Shown: positions 20,901-29,566, numbered from the stretch's first letter. The stretch: DNA of 64,000 nucleotides from a virus (IMGVR_UViG_3300046710_000151:12584-76583), one strand, 5' to 3'. Numbers and translations are program-made. The notes: generated by a model from the sequence alone, not told the origin.

Positions 20901-22001
20901 ACGCCGTTCCGGTTGAGCCATCAACTGAGCGGAACCGAAACACCCGACAGGGTCACCCTCCAGGATTACAAGGTCTGCTCGTGGGGAGCGCCGGATCAGG
21001 AGTTGGACGCTTTGGTGGCGGTGGGAAAGGTAGTGCGGCACTCGGGGATCACAGGCACCCCTCTGCTTGACGTGGCAGCGGACACCCTCACAATCTCTGG
21101 CGATTGGACTGGGGTCGATCTCGCCGGCCGGAAGTGCTCGATTTTGGCGAAGGGTGACGAAGTATCCGAAGTCCCGATCCTCAATTACACGATCACCGGG
21201 CACTCGGCCACCTCGTTGGGCGTTACCGACCTGATGGTGACCCCTGATCCCGTGCTGGACGGGGTGGTCAAGGGCGACGTGCTGACGATTCGACTGAAGC
21301 CGACCATCACCGACAGCGGGCAAACGCTGACCGATGCCGCCTGGGATAACCCGCTGGAGAACAATGGCGGCGGTTTGGCGCCGGCAGAAGAGGTCGGCCT
21401 GCTTTGCCGCATCCTCTACGGCACCGGGCAGGGACTCACCAACACGGTAGCGTCAGCGACGGCCACGAGTCACACCATGGCGCGGGCGTGGCTGGTGGCC
21501 CCGGACAGTACGTCCATTTTCATCTTCGAAGAGGCAAGCTGGCTTCCCCTGGACACCCCCATCCGGCCGATCAACAATGCGGACCCGGAAACCGTGTTGA
21601 CGTTGACCTTCCCGGTCGAAAACTACTGCAAGCGCACCATGCTGGTGGGCCTGCAAACCGAGGATGGCAGCGAAGCGGTCAGCGTGGAAGCGCTCATGCC
21701 GGTGCGGGAAGTTTACGTGTACGGGCAACCTGAAACCACGGTCACGATCACGGAGAGCGACAGCCCCTACCAGTGGCGCTGGTCAGACATGAACGTCTAT
21801 GCGGACTGTTCGGATGGCCCGGTGGAAATCGACTTGCTTCCGATGGTTTCCTACGCAGGAAGACCAGCGTTCATGAAGAAAATCTCCCTCGATTCCTTTA
21901 CCGTCACGATCAAGCCGTTCGCGGACGAACGAATCGACGGGGAATCGGAAGTCATCCTAGCCGATCAGTGGGAATCGTTGCACATCAAATCAAATGTCTG
22001 A
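17910..22001 (+). CDS. tail tip / host-specificity (gpJ-like) protein
   Basis: 1363 aa; PNRL...YQDA.N.F and GC.N..QA.RL motifs of phage-tail_3-like domains; inserted GGSGY-type beta repeats. Confidence 0.75.
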   Translation: MTIDECKELVATHQPLLLITITFRSGLASATATISSGGAIDSIGVDNGGDSYVSPPYVTILGDGGGAMATAVVTDGVVTGVTVDEGGVGYTFAFVVFGDVLFLSTKDVTYNGIDYQGRLSDLDLEAVQMMSESGVDVPASLTLHIADADAALYLNWEEGDGRGFRGAKVEARIVFYDVLSGTFSEDSVVRYTGICDPATPADEAILEVRSTNRLNAGMKMLPTELIQKYCWKIRPRTACQCAEADTPGSQYYPCGITDPNAAECNTTKTGCAAANNSPRFSGVAFAPLQNGGYGREYTSGAWVQLFNNANVAKYGQPWPLVLGRGYVEPPVLNMRQDGNYTRMDVGLCVGHIDTGRDATVAMIVAVNGVRLPPGGYDDPSLGWVALNPGNVGWWNWVGRGWRDGVINPGTDPYGSEATIECVIPQKAAGGNTVPQVSVLFTGPMPGAPFQGPTPDVPVDSPAWHLYDILRRTGWDASELDYDSFAAAAHICSEFIAYSSQYGTTPGGSGVTGITLTNHGTRYTFSPTVTIVGGGGTGATAVAYVVDPQSYNHNGIGIIQYIEVTDPGWGYTSQPSVVITDHYGSNAAATASFSADAANPLHVRYRSNLIIRERRQASEIIRGIRGNFAALLQPNSATGQLGVLVRGTLAAQQPIPQPGSNYNDAIMSQLRDGTPANGYPAYHFTEDNTISIKGIPRPISGTPNRLVFQYQDAENQFAATSMGLVESDDVERIGQEVAATAQILGCANTDQATRLDQMALKESLRGNANGDTRGTRYFEIQTSIRAIRVGLGQLVIATWVKRNLDQQQLRVMGVQGPNKRGVITITAAWHDDSWYVDALLQKPADGYSNPGRNKLARASYPVCPDMVGPRAASGGELQGDPLVDETDRTFAVLPIYDVSTDGVVLAKMRIRTKIGVNQFGSAHPPQTGIQASTSDSGGTLASGLYYLALSARDGNGKLSTLSLIASRHMPEGVTTGSIILPVQWWHASTAGWELFAGRTPFRLSHQLSGTETPDRVTLQDYKVCSWGAPDQELDALVAVGKVVRHSGITGTPLLDVAADTLTISGDWTGVDLAGRKCSILAKGDEVSEVPILNYTITGHSATSLGVTDLMVTPDPVLDGVVKGDVLTIRLKPTITDSGQTLTDAAWDNPLENNGGGLAPAEEVGLLCRILYGTGQGLTNTVASATATSHTMARAWLVAPDSTSIFIFEEASWLPLDTPIRPINNADPETVLTLTFPVENYCKRTMLVGLQTEDGSEAVSVEALMPVREVYVYGQPETTVTITESDSPYQWRWSDMNVYADCSDGPVEIDLLPMVSYAGRPAFMKKISLDSFTVTIKPFADERIDGESEVILADQWESLHIKSNV

Positions 22002-22098
22002 GAAATCTGAGTGGCTTAAAGTCGGCAACGCTTACGCTGCAACATCAAATCAAATGTCTGAGAAATCTGAGTGGCTTAAAGTCGGCAACGCTTACGCT
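21982..22098 (+). repeat. tandem duplication, 57-bp unit at 60-bp period
   Basis: ACATCAAATCAAATGTCTGAGAAATCTGAGTGGCTTAAAGTCGGCAACGCTTACGCT at 21982 and 22042. Confidence 0.95.
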
Positions 22099-22575
22099 AT
22101 AGGCCGCTGCCCGCCGCTGCCTGAAGCGGAACCCATGTCGGCAAACCTGGTTTTCTGCCTGACTACCTCGTGCCCGGACCCAGCCACGTGGGCCACGCTT
22201 TGGGGGCCAGATGCTTTATGGTGGGGTGCCGGGAGCGGTGGTACATCCGCGTCGGTGAATCTGTCGGTGTCGCCTTCCGGACTGAGTGCTTTCGTACTCA
22301 ATTTGGCTTTTGGACACTCAGAGTTCTGGTGGGCGCCAGGTTTTTGGGAGACCGGATCGCTTGCCGAAGCGGCGCATGCAACCGTGTCCGGAATTCACCT
22401 CGAATGCACCTACGCAGATGGCTCCTTCAGGATCAAATGGCCTCGTCATTCATCCTCAAGTTCGGAGGGAGCTTGGGGGACCGCATCGGCGTCTGGGATT
22501 GGAGCAACGTTCGCTATCTGGCACACGAGCGGACTGAGTAATATGGTCGGCGCCCAATTTAGAGATTTTGCATAA
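21994..22575 (+). CDS. chimeric ORF: duplicated N-terminal peptide fused to a copy of the 16037-17251 C-terminal domain
   Basis: MSEKSEWLKVGNAYA twice, then PPLPEAEPMSANL...QFRDFA. Confidence 0.55.
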   Translation: MSEKSEWLKVGNAYAATSNQMSEKSEWLKVGNAYAIGRCPPLPEAEPMSANLVFCLTTSCPDPATWATLWGPDALWWGAGSGGTSASVNLSVSPSGLSAFVLNLAFGHSEFWWAPGFWETGSLAEAAHATVSGIHLECTYADGSFRIKWPRHSSSSSEGAWGTASASGIGATFAIWHTSGLSNMVGAQFRDFA

Positions 22576-22697
22576 CGTCTGAATCTTTCCAAGGAGCAAC
22601 ACATGTTTACGCACAGTATCCAGCGCACCTACAACGACGGCATCACAAACATCGGCGGCGTGGAAACGGTCACCGCCGATAGCACACGCAACTTTGA
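22110..22697 (+). repeat. 588-bp direct repeat, copy 2
   Basis: See copy 1. Confidence 0.95.
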
Positions 22698-23434
22698 TGG
22701 AAGGCAGCAACGATGGCGTTACATGGGACACGCTAGACACGGTAAGCAGCGAAACCGGATGGTCTGATGGAGAGATCAGAACGTACACCTGTGACGTGGC
22801 AACCACTGCTTACTGCATGTTCCGCCTGAATGTGACGGCGATCCAAACAGGCGGCGACTTGTTGCTGATCGGAGAGCTATATCTAATTGGTGATGCGGAC
22901 GCAACACGAGAACTTACCATCCATGACATGACCACCAACAGTAGCCACGCTCCACAGGTGGCTTCTGCTTCCACGCACTTTGGCACCTTTGACGCTTTCC
23001 AAGTTTTTGATGGAAATGCAGACTTCATACACCCTTGGGTTGGAACCAATACGGGCGTCGATTGGATCAAAGTGGATTTTGGCCCCGGCGTTGCAAATGT
23101 GGCAAGCGGATACCGAGTCCTTGGTCCCGCAGGTTATCCGCTGCGGGCTCCCAAAAACTGGACCTTCCAGGGCAGTACCGATAACTTGTCTTGGGATACC
23201 CTGGATACTCAGACGAATCAGACCGCGTGGCTCGCTGGAGAGATCCGATTTTTCCCAATCACTCCGGGATTGGGATACCGCTACTTCCGGCTGAACATCA
23301 CGGCGAATAACAACAGCGGCGGAGATGCGGCCTACACGGAAATCGCGGAATTCTACATTATTGGAACAATCGGTGCAGCGCCATCAAGCACCGCCCGTGG
23401 CTACATCTCCGGCCCCGGATGGGCGTATCGGTAG
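22694..23434 (+). CDS. discoidin/F5-8 type C (galactose-binding-like) domain protein, probably N-truncated
   Basis: EGSNDG..WDTLDT half-domain followed by a full domain (FDG...W...DFG...APKNWTFQGSTD..SWDTLD...YRYFRLNIT). Confidence 0.7.
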   Translation: MMEGSNDGVTWDTLDTVSSETGWSDGEIRTYTCDVATTAYCMFRLNVTAIQTGGDLLLIGELYLIGDADATRELTIHDMTTNSSHAPQVASASTHFGTFDAFQVFDGNADFIHPWVGTNTGVDWIKVDFGPGVANVASGYRVLGPAGYPLRAPKNWTFQGSTDNLSWDTLDTQTNQTAWLAGEIRFFPITPGLGYRYFRLNITANNNSGGDAAYTEIAEFYIIGTIGAAPSSTARGYISGPGWAYR

Positions 23435-23514
23435 GAACCGCTGCAAGGTGGGATGAACGAGTTGGTATTTGTGCCGCGCGCCCGTGCGGAGAAAACGGGC
23501 GGAAAAGGAGCATT

Positions 23515-23958
23515 ATGATTCAACGCAGCTCAGACGGAAATACCCTTACTGGTGTGGATAACGGGAAGTCGTTCTCCCACAACAAGATGGAGGGCGCACC
23601 ATTCGACGAAATGCTGGTTACCCTCGACGCGCAGATGCAAGCCGAGAGGGAGAATACCCAAACGCTCCTGGACTACAACCAGAAGCTCGGCAACGTGCAG
23701 GGGCCACTGGACGCCGGACAGGCACCAGCGGGGACGCCAGTCGCGCCGCCGAAGCCGCAGGCAAAGATCGTGAGCGATACGGGCGTGGTGAGTTCCGCGC
23801 CATTCGACCCGCCGCTGGCCGATCTGGTGATACCGAAAACTACCCCCAGCCAGGTCAACACGGGGGCCGGCGGTGGACTCAGCGACCACGATATGCTGCT
23901 GAGGCTGTACCAGGTGGCCTTCCCGAACGGTGACCCGGCTTACCCAGCCAAAGGCTAA
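23515..23958 (+). CDS. hypothetical protein
   Basis: RBS AAGGAG before ATG 23515. Confidence 0.55.
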   Translation: MIQRSSDGNTLTGVDNGKSFSHNKMEGAPFDEMLVTLDAQMQAERENTQTLLDYNQKLGNVQGPLDAGQAPAGTPVAPPKPQAKIVSDTGVVSSAPFDPPLADLVIPKTTPSQVNTGAGGGLSDHDMLLRLYQVAFPNGDPAYPAKG

Positions 23959-23981
23959 CGCGTTATACCCAAAGTTCTGCC

Positions 23982-24590
23982 ATGCGCCGCAATCTTCTTA
24001 TCCTTGTCTTGTCCGGTGCTTGCTACGCGCAGGCACCGGCCGCGCCCTCAGCGCCGGTCAAGGTAAGCATCCAGTTCGTTCCCGAGCCGATGGAGGTGCT
24101 GAAGGCGGTCGGCATCGCGTCCCGACTCGGCCTGTGGCGCATAGGGATCTGCAACGATAGCGCCATTGCGGTGCAGATCCCGCCGGAGCGCATCTACATG
24201 GCCGCCGGATCTGTCCGGATCGTCTCCCCCGCGCGGGCGTCCCTGGTGCTTAGCCAGCGCCAGAAGCAGAGCGTGAAGGCGGTGATGGTCGAGGTCATCG
24301 AGTATGCGCTGATTGGGGCATCGGTGATCGGAGGCGGCGGGATGTTCTCGATCAGCACGAAGGGTTTGGGTGAGTTGGCGCTGGCGACCGGGGTGGCGCA
24401 CACGGTCCACGACAAGCTACAAGGCCAGATTCCTTCTCTGGCCGCATTCACCGAGGATGCCCTGACCGGTCCAGTGGCGCTGGCTCCGGGGCAGTGTGCG
24501 ACTAAATCCGCCTTTGCAGCCAAGATGAAGAATCCTCAGGTGGTCACAACCGAGATTTCTTTATCCTATGTGGCCGGACCGCTCAAATGA
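23982..24590 (+). CDS. secreted/membrane protein
   Basis: Signal peptide MRRNLLILVLSGACYA; internal hydrophobic segment. Confidence 0.6.
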   Translation: MRRNLLILVLSGACYAQAPAAPSAPVKVSIQFVPEPMEVLKAVGIASRLGLWRIGICNDSAIAVQIPPERIYMAAGSVRIVSPARASLVLSQRQKQSVKAVMVEVIEYALIGASVIGGGGMFSISTKGLGELALATGVAHTVHDKLQGQIPSLAAFTEDALTGPVALAPGQCATKSAFAAKMKNPQVVTTEISLSYVAGPLK

Positions 24591-24769
24591 GCCCCGCCCG
24601 TCTGGCCCAGTTGATGGAGAAATACCGCGAGATCGAAGCGCGCGGCTGGCCAACGTATGCCGATAATCCCGCGCGCTGTATCGAGTGCGCGGCGGAGTTT
24701 CTGACGCGGCGGGATGAACTGCTGAGAGAAGAAAAGGAGACCAAGCAATGCCAGACATACTCGGCATAG
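24587..24769 (+). CDS. hypothetical protein
   Basis: ATGA-coupled. Confidence 0.4.
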   Translation: MSPARLAQLMEKYREIEARGWPTYADNPARCIECAAEFLTRRDELLREEKETKQCQTYSA

Positions 24770-25044
24770 AGGCCATTGAATATAAGGTGATCGATTCGTT
24801 ACTCGACCGGCTGAAGGCCGAGATTATCCCGGCGTTGGAAGCGGTGATAAAGCGGCGGGTGGACGATGCAATTGAGCAAGTTTCCAACACGATCCACGGG
24901 GCGCTGGTGGGCGCGCAGGGGATCGAGGACAAGGCTGCCGCCGATATTAAGATGGTCATCGGCGCGCTCGATGGGTGGATGGTTGTGCTCGACCCTCCAA
25001 TCGTGATCCGGGCCATTCGGTTGAGCAAGCCGGGGGCCGCATGA
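24748..25044 (+). CDS. hypothetical protein
   Basis: RBS AAGGAG; overlaps neighbours. Confidence 0.5.
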   Translation: MPDILGIEAIEYKVIDSLLDRLKAEIIPALEAVIKRRVDDAIEQVSNTIHGALVGAQGIEDKAAADIKMVIGALDGWMVVLDPPIVIRAIRLSKPGAA

Positions 25045-26150
25045 GATTCGCAATTGCCCTCCTATTTCTCCTCAGCCTTTCCGCCCATTCCGCCACGCTG
25101 CTGCGCATTCAGTGCGGCGGTCCGGGCGGGCTGGACGCCGCGGGCAACGTGTGGGCGCCAGACGCCTACTTCACCAGCGGCGCTCGGTGGGGCGCGGCAG
25201 AGCAAGCGGTGGCTGGTGGGTTGCCGCTTCCGGCGCTGCCCTACAACACGCTGAGGTACTCGGCACCCGCAGGCACGCCGATCTTCTACGCGATTCCTTT
25301 GCCTGCGGGATCGTACACGCTGAAACTGTTCTTCGGCGAGCCGAACAAAACAGGGGTCGGCCAGCGCGTGTTCTCTGTTTCGGCCAACGGCGCGGCCCTC
25401 ATCACGAACCTGGACCTGTTCGCTATGGCTCCCGGTGCCCTGAAGCCCTACACCGTGAGTTTCCCACTGGTCACCACGGGGACGACGCTCCGGATCGTCC
25501 TGACGCCATCAGTGGGTAATGCCGACATCTCGGGGATTCAGGTGGATGACGTGACGCCTCCGCCGATACCTGTGGGTTACAAAGGACAATGCGAGGACGG
25601 GATTAGGAGTCAGCTTATAGTTGGTAGCCAGGGGGGATTATTTCCTGCACCTTATAGCATGTTCTCCTGTAAAAATATGAGTGGGGGGTCACTGCGCATC
25701 ACGAGGTTCAACTGTCAGGCGGATGTGGCTGGACAGATTGCTGATTTGCAGGCGAGAGGATCGGATGGTCTGCTCCACTCACTGCTGACATCTCCAGTTG
25801 TATGCACGACAGACGGCGCGGAAGGTTCGGTATTGCCGGGGGCGTCTTACGCCGATGGAGAGGTACTGTGGTGGTTCATCCGGATTGTCGATTCGACAGA
25901 TCCCGGTCTTCCTTTAGTGAACCAGGTATCGTTGGTGGCGGTTCTGGAACAAGCATCTGTAACTGTACCGCAGGCACAACTACTCGGGCTGGAGAAATGC
26001 TCTGGCACGGGTACTGGCCGGGATTGCACCGGGATGCTGCGCGCCAAGGTTAGTTTAGGAGACGGCAGTCTACTGTCGTTTTGGGGCATACCGGCTCCGG
26101 AGGCATGGACGGTTCCGTTGCTGGGGATCACATGGACAACTGTTAAGTGA
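25041..26150 (+). CDS. secreted malectin-domain protein
   Basis: Signal peptide from ATG 25041; RIQCGG...GNVWAPD.YF, Y.TLRY, Y.LKL.F.E....G.RVFSV..NG motifs of malectin. Confidence 0.8.
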   Translation: MRFAIALLFLLSLSAHSATLLRIQCGGPGGLDAAGNVWAPDAYFTSGARWGAAEQAVAGGLPLPALPYNTLRYSAPAGTPIFYAIPLPAGSYTLKLFFGEPNKTGVGQRVFSVSANGAALITNLDLFAMAPGALKPYTVSFPLVTTGTTLRIVLTPSVGNADISGIQVDDVTPPPIPVGYKGQCEDGIRSQLIVGSQGGLFPAPYSMFSCKNMSGGSLRITRFNCQADVAGQIADLQARGSDGLLHSLLTSPVVCTTDGAEGSVLPGASYADGEVLWWFIRIVDSTDPGLPLVNQVSLVAVLEQASVTVPQAQLLGLEKCSGTGTGRDCTGMLRAKVSLGDGSLLSFWGIPAPEAWTVPLLGITWTTVK

Positions 26151-26335
26151 GCATTATGCCTGACAGTTTGGCGCTCAATCAAAAACCCATCCGTCCTAGA
26201 AGTGACGAGCCGAGGTTCGGGCAGAAATTGTGCCCCGAATGCGATCGTTCATTGCCGTTTGAGACCAAAGCTCAGAGACACCCGGCGTGCAAGAAAAAGC
26301 ATGACGCCGAGCGTGCAGCCGAGCGGAAGCGATGA
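26147..26335 (+). CDS. small Cys-containing hypothetical protein
   Basis: CPEC motif; coupled to neighbours. Confidence 0.4.
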   Translation: MSIMPDSLALNQKPIRPRSDEPRFGQKLCPECDRSLPFETKAQRHPACKKKHDAERAAERKR

Positions 26336-26595
26336 GAGCCGGTGAGCATACCGGGCGCTGCCGGTACTGCGGACATCCCCTGCGGGGTCGTTTGCAGATG
26401 TGCACACGGTGCCGGGTGCCGTCTCAGCAGTATGACGCAGCTTTCAAAAGCGCGCGGGTGCGGTGGCAGACCAAGATGCGCCACCTACTCTGTAGGACTT
26501 GGCTGGAACTGCGGCGCATCCGGATCGATTTAGCAGGACCGCAAGGCTGGGTGCCGCTGGATCTGCTGATGCGCCTCGATGGGCGCGCGGCATGA
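26332..26595 (+). CDS. small zinc-ribbon protein
   Basis: CRYC...CTRC. Confidence 0.45.
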   Translation: MRAGEHTGRCRYCGHPLRGRLQMCTRCRVPSQQYDAAFKSARVRWQTKMRHLLCRTWLELRRIRIDLAGPQGWVPLDLLMRLDGRAA

Positions 26596-26623
26596 TTTGC
26601 AAAAAAGACTGGAAGGCCAAACG

Positions 26624-27187
26624 ATGTATCAACTCTTGGTAAATCTCTGGACGGCGGTAACTATCGCAGTGGCGCTGCTGAAGAGCATCGTTGCCGCGCA
26701 AGTCACCGAACAAATTGCGATCCAAGTTCTCAACGGAAAGCTGGATCATGTCATCGACCTCCTGACGCCCAAGCCCGCGGTGAAGTTTATCATCATCGCG
26801 GAAGTGGATGGCTGGATAACCTACGGAGCAAAGGAAATTCAAATGACGGACACACAACAAGCGATACTGACGATCGAGCCGGTGGACAAGAAGGGCAACC
26901 CGGCGCAACTGGACGGCCCTCCCGAATGGGCGTCGTCCAACACGGAAGTCATCACGGTCACCGCGGCAGCGGATGGCCTCAGCGCGGTAGCCCTGGCAGT
27001 CGGTCCCTTGGGGACGGCGACCGTTTCAGTCAAGGCCGATGGCGACCTGGGACCGGGGGTTACCACGATCTCGGGGACCATCGACATCACAGTAACAGGT
27101 GGTGGTGCGGTGACTCTCAAGATTGCGATGGGCACGCCCACCGAGCAGGGCCCGGTGGCGCCGCCGATCGCACCGAACGTACCGTAA
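26624..27187 (+). CDS. membrane-anchored Ig-like protein
   Basis: N-terminal hydrophobic helix; W.SSN.EV.TV Ig-like (Big_2) motif. Confidence 0.55.
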   Translation: MYQLLVNLWTAVTIAVALLKSIVAAQVTEQIAIQVLNGKLDHVIDLLTPKPAVKFIIIAEVDGWITYGAKEIQMTDTQQAILTIEPVDKKGNPAQLDGPPEWASSNTEVITVTAAADGLSAVALAVGPLGTATVSVKADGDLGPGVTTISGTIDITVTGGGAVTLKIAMGTPTEQGPVAPPIAPNVP

Positions 27188-27244
27188 CGCTCTGATCTTC
27201 CTCCGCCGGCGTCGAAAACTCCGGCGGAGACCCTGGAATAGCAG

Positions 27245-27667
27245 ATGGAAATAAGCCAACCACTCGCCAATCAAGGTGCGCGGATGCCGACCTATCGACC
27301 TCTGCCGGTTGCAAGGCGGCCAATCCATCTGACGAAGAGAGAACAAACGGTGGAGAGGGAGTTGGACTCGGGAAAAAACAATAAGGAAATCGCCGCGGTA
27401 TTAGGTATAGCGGTGGGCACCGTGAAGGCCTATCTCGTGCATCTCAAGGCGAAAGATCCCGCATGGGCCAATAGGTACACCACCGGGAACCGCTTGGTAA
27501 GGGGACGCGAGCGAGTCATGGCGATTCGGCTCAATAGCTGGATTGTTGCGTGGGGTGATGCTTTACCGACTCCGGCTCTTTCAGAAATCAAAGGGATTAT
27601 GGCCGATCAGGTCTGCCAGACGCTCTCAGGGATTGAACTTCCCTCGGGGAACTTGACATGCCCATAA
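27245..27667 (+). CDS. LuxR/GerE-type HTH protein
   Basis: LTKRE.......G..NKEIA..LGIA..TVK.YL motif. Confidence 0.75.
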   Translation: MEISQPLANQGARMPTYRPLPVARRPIHLTKREQTVERELDSGKNNKEIAAVLGIAVGTVKAYLVHLKAKDPAWANRYTTGNRLVRGRERVMAIRLNSWIVAWGDALPTPALSEIKGIMADQVCQTLSGIELPSGNLTCP

Positions 27668-28089
27668 AATGTTTTCTGATCGAGCCGATTTACGGTGATG
27701 GCGATATCGGGTACGAGGCTTTTGATCGGCGACCGATCGTCGGCTGGGTCCGGTCAGACACCGGCGAGCGGCATGAGCGCAACTGTGAATTCGGCGCAGG
27801 CGCTATGTGGTTCGCAACATGGTACGGCCCAAAATACAGCGAATGGCAGAATCAGGCCGGGCCACCACTGATCGTACGTTGTCCGGGAGAGCGCGACTGG
27901 AATATCGATTCCAGATGCAGTAATTGTGGACTTCCGGACGACAGACTCCATCGTTGCTGGGTGCGCCACGGAGAGCCGCCGAACATTACCGTTGATAAGG
28001 CTGGCGTGACTTGCTCCGCTGGGGCCGGGAGCATTGTACTCCCCAACTGGCACGGTTTTCTCAGAAACGGCGAATTGGTGGTGGCCTAA
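27658..28089 (+). CDS. conserved Cys/His-rich phage protein
   Basis: CSNC...HRCW and C.AG.GSI....WHGFL.NG motifs. Confidence 0.55.
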   Translation: MPIKCFLIEPIYGDGDIGYEAFDRRPIVGWVRSDTGERHERNCEFGAGAMWFATWYGPKYSEWQNQAGPPLIVRCPGERDWNIDSRCSNCGLPDDRLHRCWVRHGEPPNITVDKAGVTCSAGAGSIVLPNWHGFLRNGELVVA

Positions 28090-28256
28090 TGCTATTGCAG
28101 CCCGAAGTCCTGAAGTGCTAATGTCCCTGTGGCAAGACCCACGTCCTGCCCGCCGATACCACGGAGTTCGTATGCTCCTGTGGCCGGCCAGGAACCGTGC
28201 AGTGGGGAGAAGTCATGCAGTTGGTTGAGCCGGCGCATGCGGAGCCGCGAATATGA
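28089..28256 (+). pseudogene. zinc-ribbon mini-gene with in-frame TAA at 28119-28121
   Basis: MLLQPEVLKC*CPCGKTH...VCSCG...; start and end both overlap neighbouring stop/start codons. Confidence 0.55.
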
Positions 28257-28486
28257 AACGCGTCCAGCGCGAGACTCGCCGCCGGCAAATCGCCATGGGT
28301 ATCTGCCTGGGCATGTCAGTACGCCAAATGGCAGAAGCGCTTGATCTCAACATCCCGACTGTTTACAAATCTCATTATCGGGTAATCCGCGATGCCGGAA
28401 TGAGTGATCGTGTTGAATTTGCATTGCTTCAAAATGCGGGAGTGCGAGAGGTTCTCCGCCGAACTTTCCCAGGTGCCGGAACGTGA
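28253..28486 (+). CDS. LuxR-type HTH protein
   Basis: G.SVRQMAEALDL.I.TV.......RDAG...RVE motif. Confidence 0.6.
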   Translation: MKRVQRETRRRQIAMGICLGMSVRQMAEALDLNIPTVYKSHYRVIRDAGMSDRVEFALLQNAGVREVLRRTFPGAGT

Positions 28487-28640
28487 AACTCCCTCCCTAC
28501 TTGCGCGCCGTCCCCGTCGGTCGTTGTGGTCTGACACTTGAGCCCCGCTGGTGGGGCGGTCCAGTAGCCGCGGTTCGCACGTTGTATCAGGCTTGGATGG
28601 TCAGGCCGAAATGGAAGAAGAAGAAAAAGGAGCATTCCCA

Positions 28641-28910
28641 ATGACCTGGGGCCAATCGCAGTTCGACAAACTCCTGATGGCATTCTTCGTACTTGCGCTC
28701 ACTGGACTCGCTACGGCATCGAATGACAAAGTGGCCGCCTTCGCGCTTCAGGGAGCTGCCGGGTGCTTGGGATGCCTGCTAACCCTCGTCACCGCGCGGC
28801 GAACCACTGGGCCGGAGCCTACGTCTTCAGTGACCACGACCACATCTGAAACCGTCACGCCCGCGCCTCAGACGAAGGCGGAAACGCCAAAGGAGATCCC
28901 CGCCGCATGA
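28641..28910 (+). CDS. two-TM membrane protein (holin candidate)
   Basis: ATG 28641 with RBS; two hydrophobic helices followed by RR and a hydrophilic tail. Confidence 0.45.
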   Translation: MTWGQSQFDKLLMAFFVLALTGLATASNDKVAAFALQGAAGCLGCLLTLVTARRTTGPEPTSSVTTTTSETVTPAPQTKAETPKEIPAA

Positions 28911-29512
28911 TTCCTCGCTTGATTTCGGCGTACTTGCTGGGCGTCGTTGTGATCGCCGCCTTTTTCACATGGGGCCAGTCTCCAAAAGAGGTTTCCCCAG
29001 AAATTGTGAAGCAGATGACCAGGGAGGCGCAGGGGCCGATTCCGTACGATGCACAGCGGGAAGATTCTGTCATCCTGCGGGCATTGGCCGTGCTCACACA
29101 GCAGGTTGCCGATCTGGAAAAGACCATTGACGTGCATCGCGTGGAAATCGATTCGATGGATCCGCAAAAGAATGCGGAGCGGATCTTCAGCCTGGAGCGT
29201 GACCGCGACGAGCGCCGCGAAGCCGAGAAGAGACAGGCGGCGGCGAATGACAAACAATGGGACCGGGCATGGAACGCCTTTCTTGCAATCATACTACTAC
29301 TGGTGGGTATTGCGGCTCACATGGGAGAAAGGCGCTGGGCTGACTGGAAGCGGCGCACAGCGCGGGACGCCGTGGTGGACACGAAGCTGAACGATATCAA
29401 GCGCACTGCCGATGGATTGAGCGATAAGCGCGCGTCGGTCTCGAGGGAGCTTGGCCACACTGAGGGGGTTGCCGAGGAAAAGGCCGCCGAGAAGTTGCGC
29501 AGCGAGAACTGA
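28907..29512 (+). CDS. membrane coiled-coil protein
   Basis: Two TM segments separated by a coiled coil; last gene of the rightward late block. Confidence 0.55.
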   Translation: MIPRLISAYLLGVVVIAAFFTWGQSPKEVSPEIVKQMTREAQGPIPYDAQREDSVILRALAVLTQQVADLEKTIDVHRVEIDSMDPQKNAERIFSLERDRDERREAEKRQAAANDKQWDRAWNAFLAIILLLVGIAAHMGERRWADWKRRTARDAVVDTKLNDIKRTADGLSDKRASVSRELGHTEGVAEEKAAEKLRSEN

Positions 29513-29566
29513 GCGATTTAGTGCCGCCCGCTTCCGCCACTCCGCGCTCAGTCGTGCCACGTCCGG

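Noticed and set aside
16786-22697. Diversity-generating retroelement (TR/VR pair)
   Set aside because: Mismatches are mixed (G/T, C/G, C/T, C/A), not adenine-specific, and there is no reverse transcriptase in the window
27309-27320. Self-target of the spacer after repeat 8 (TTGCAAGGCGGC) in the LuxR-like gene
   Set aside because: Only 12 nt match, which is plausible by chance given about 11 spacers and 128 kb of both strands; worth rechecking only if a PAM and seed rule emerge
28119-28121. Alternative genetic code (stop reassignment)
   Set aside because: Only one in-frame stop seen; all large genes are intact under code 11
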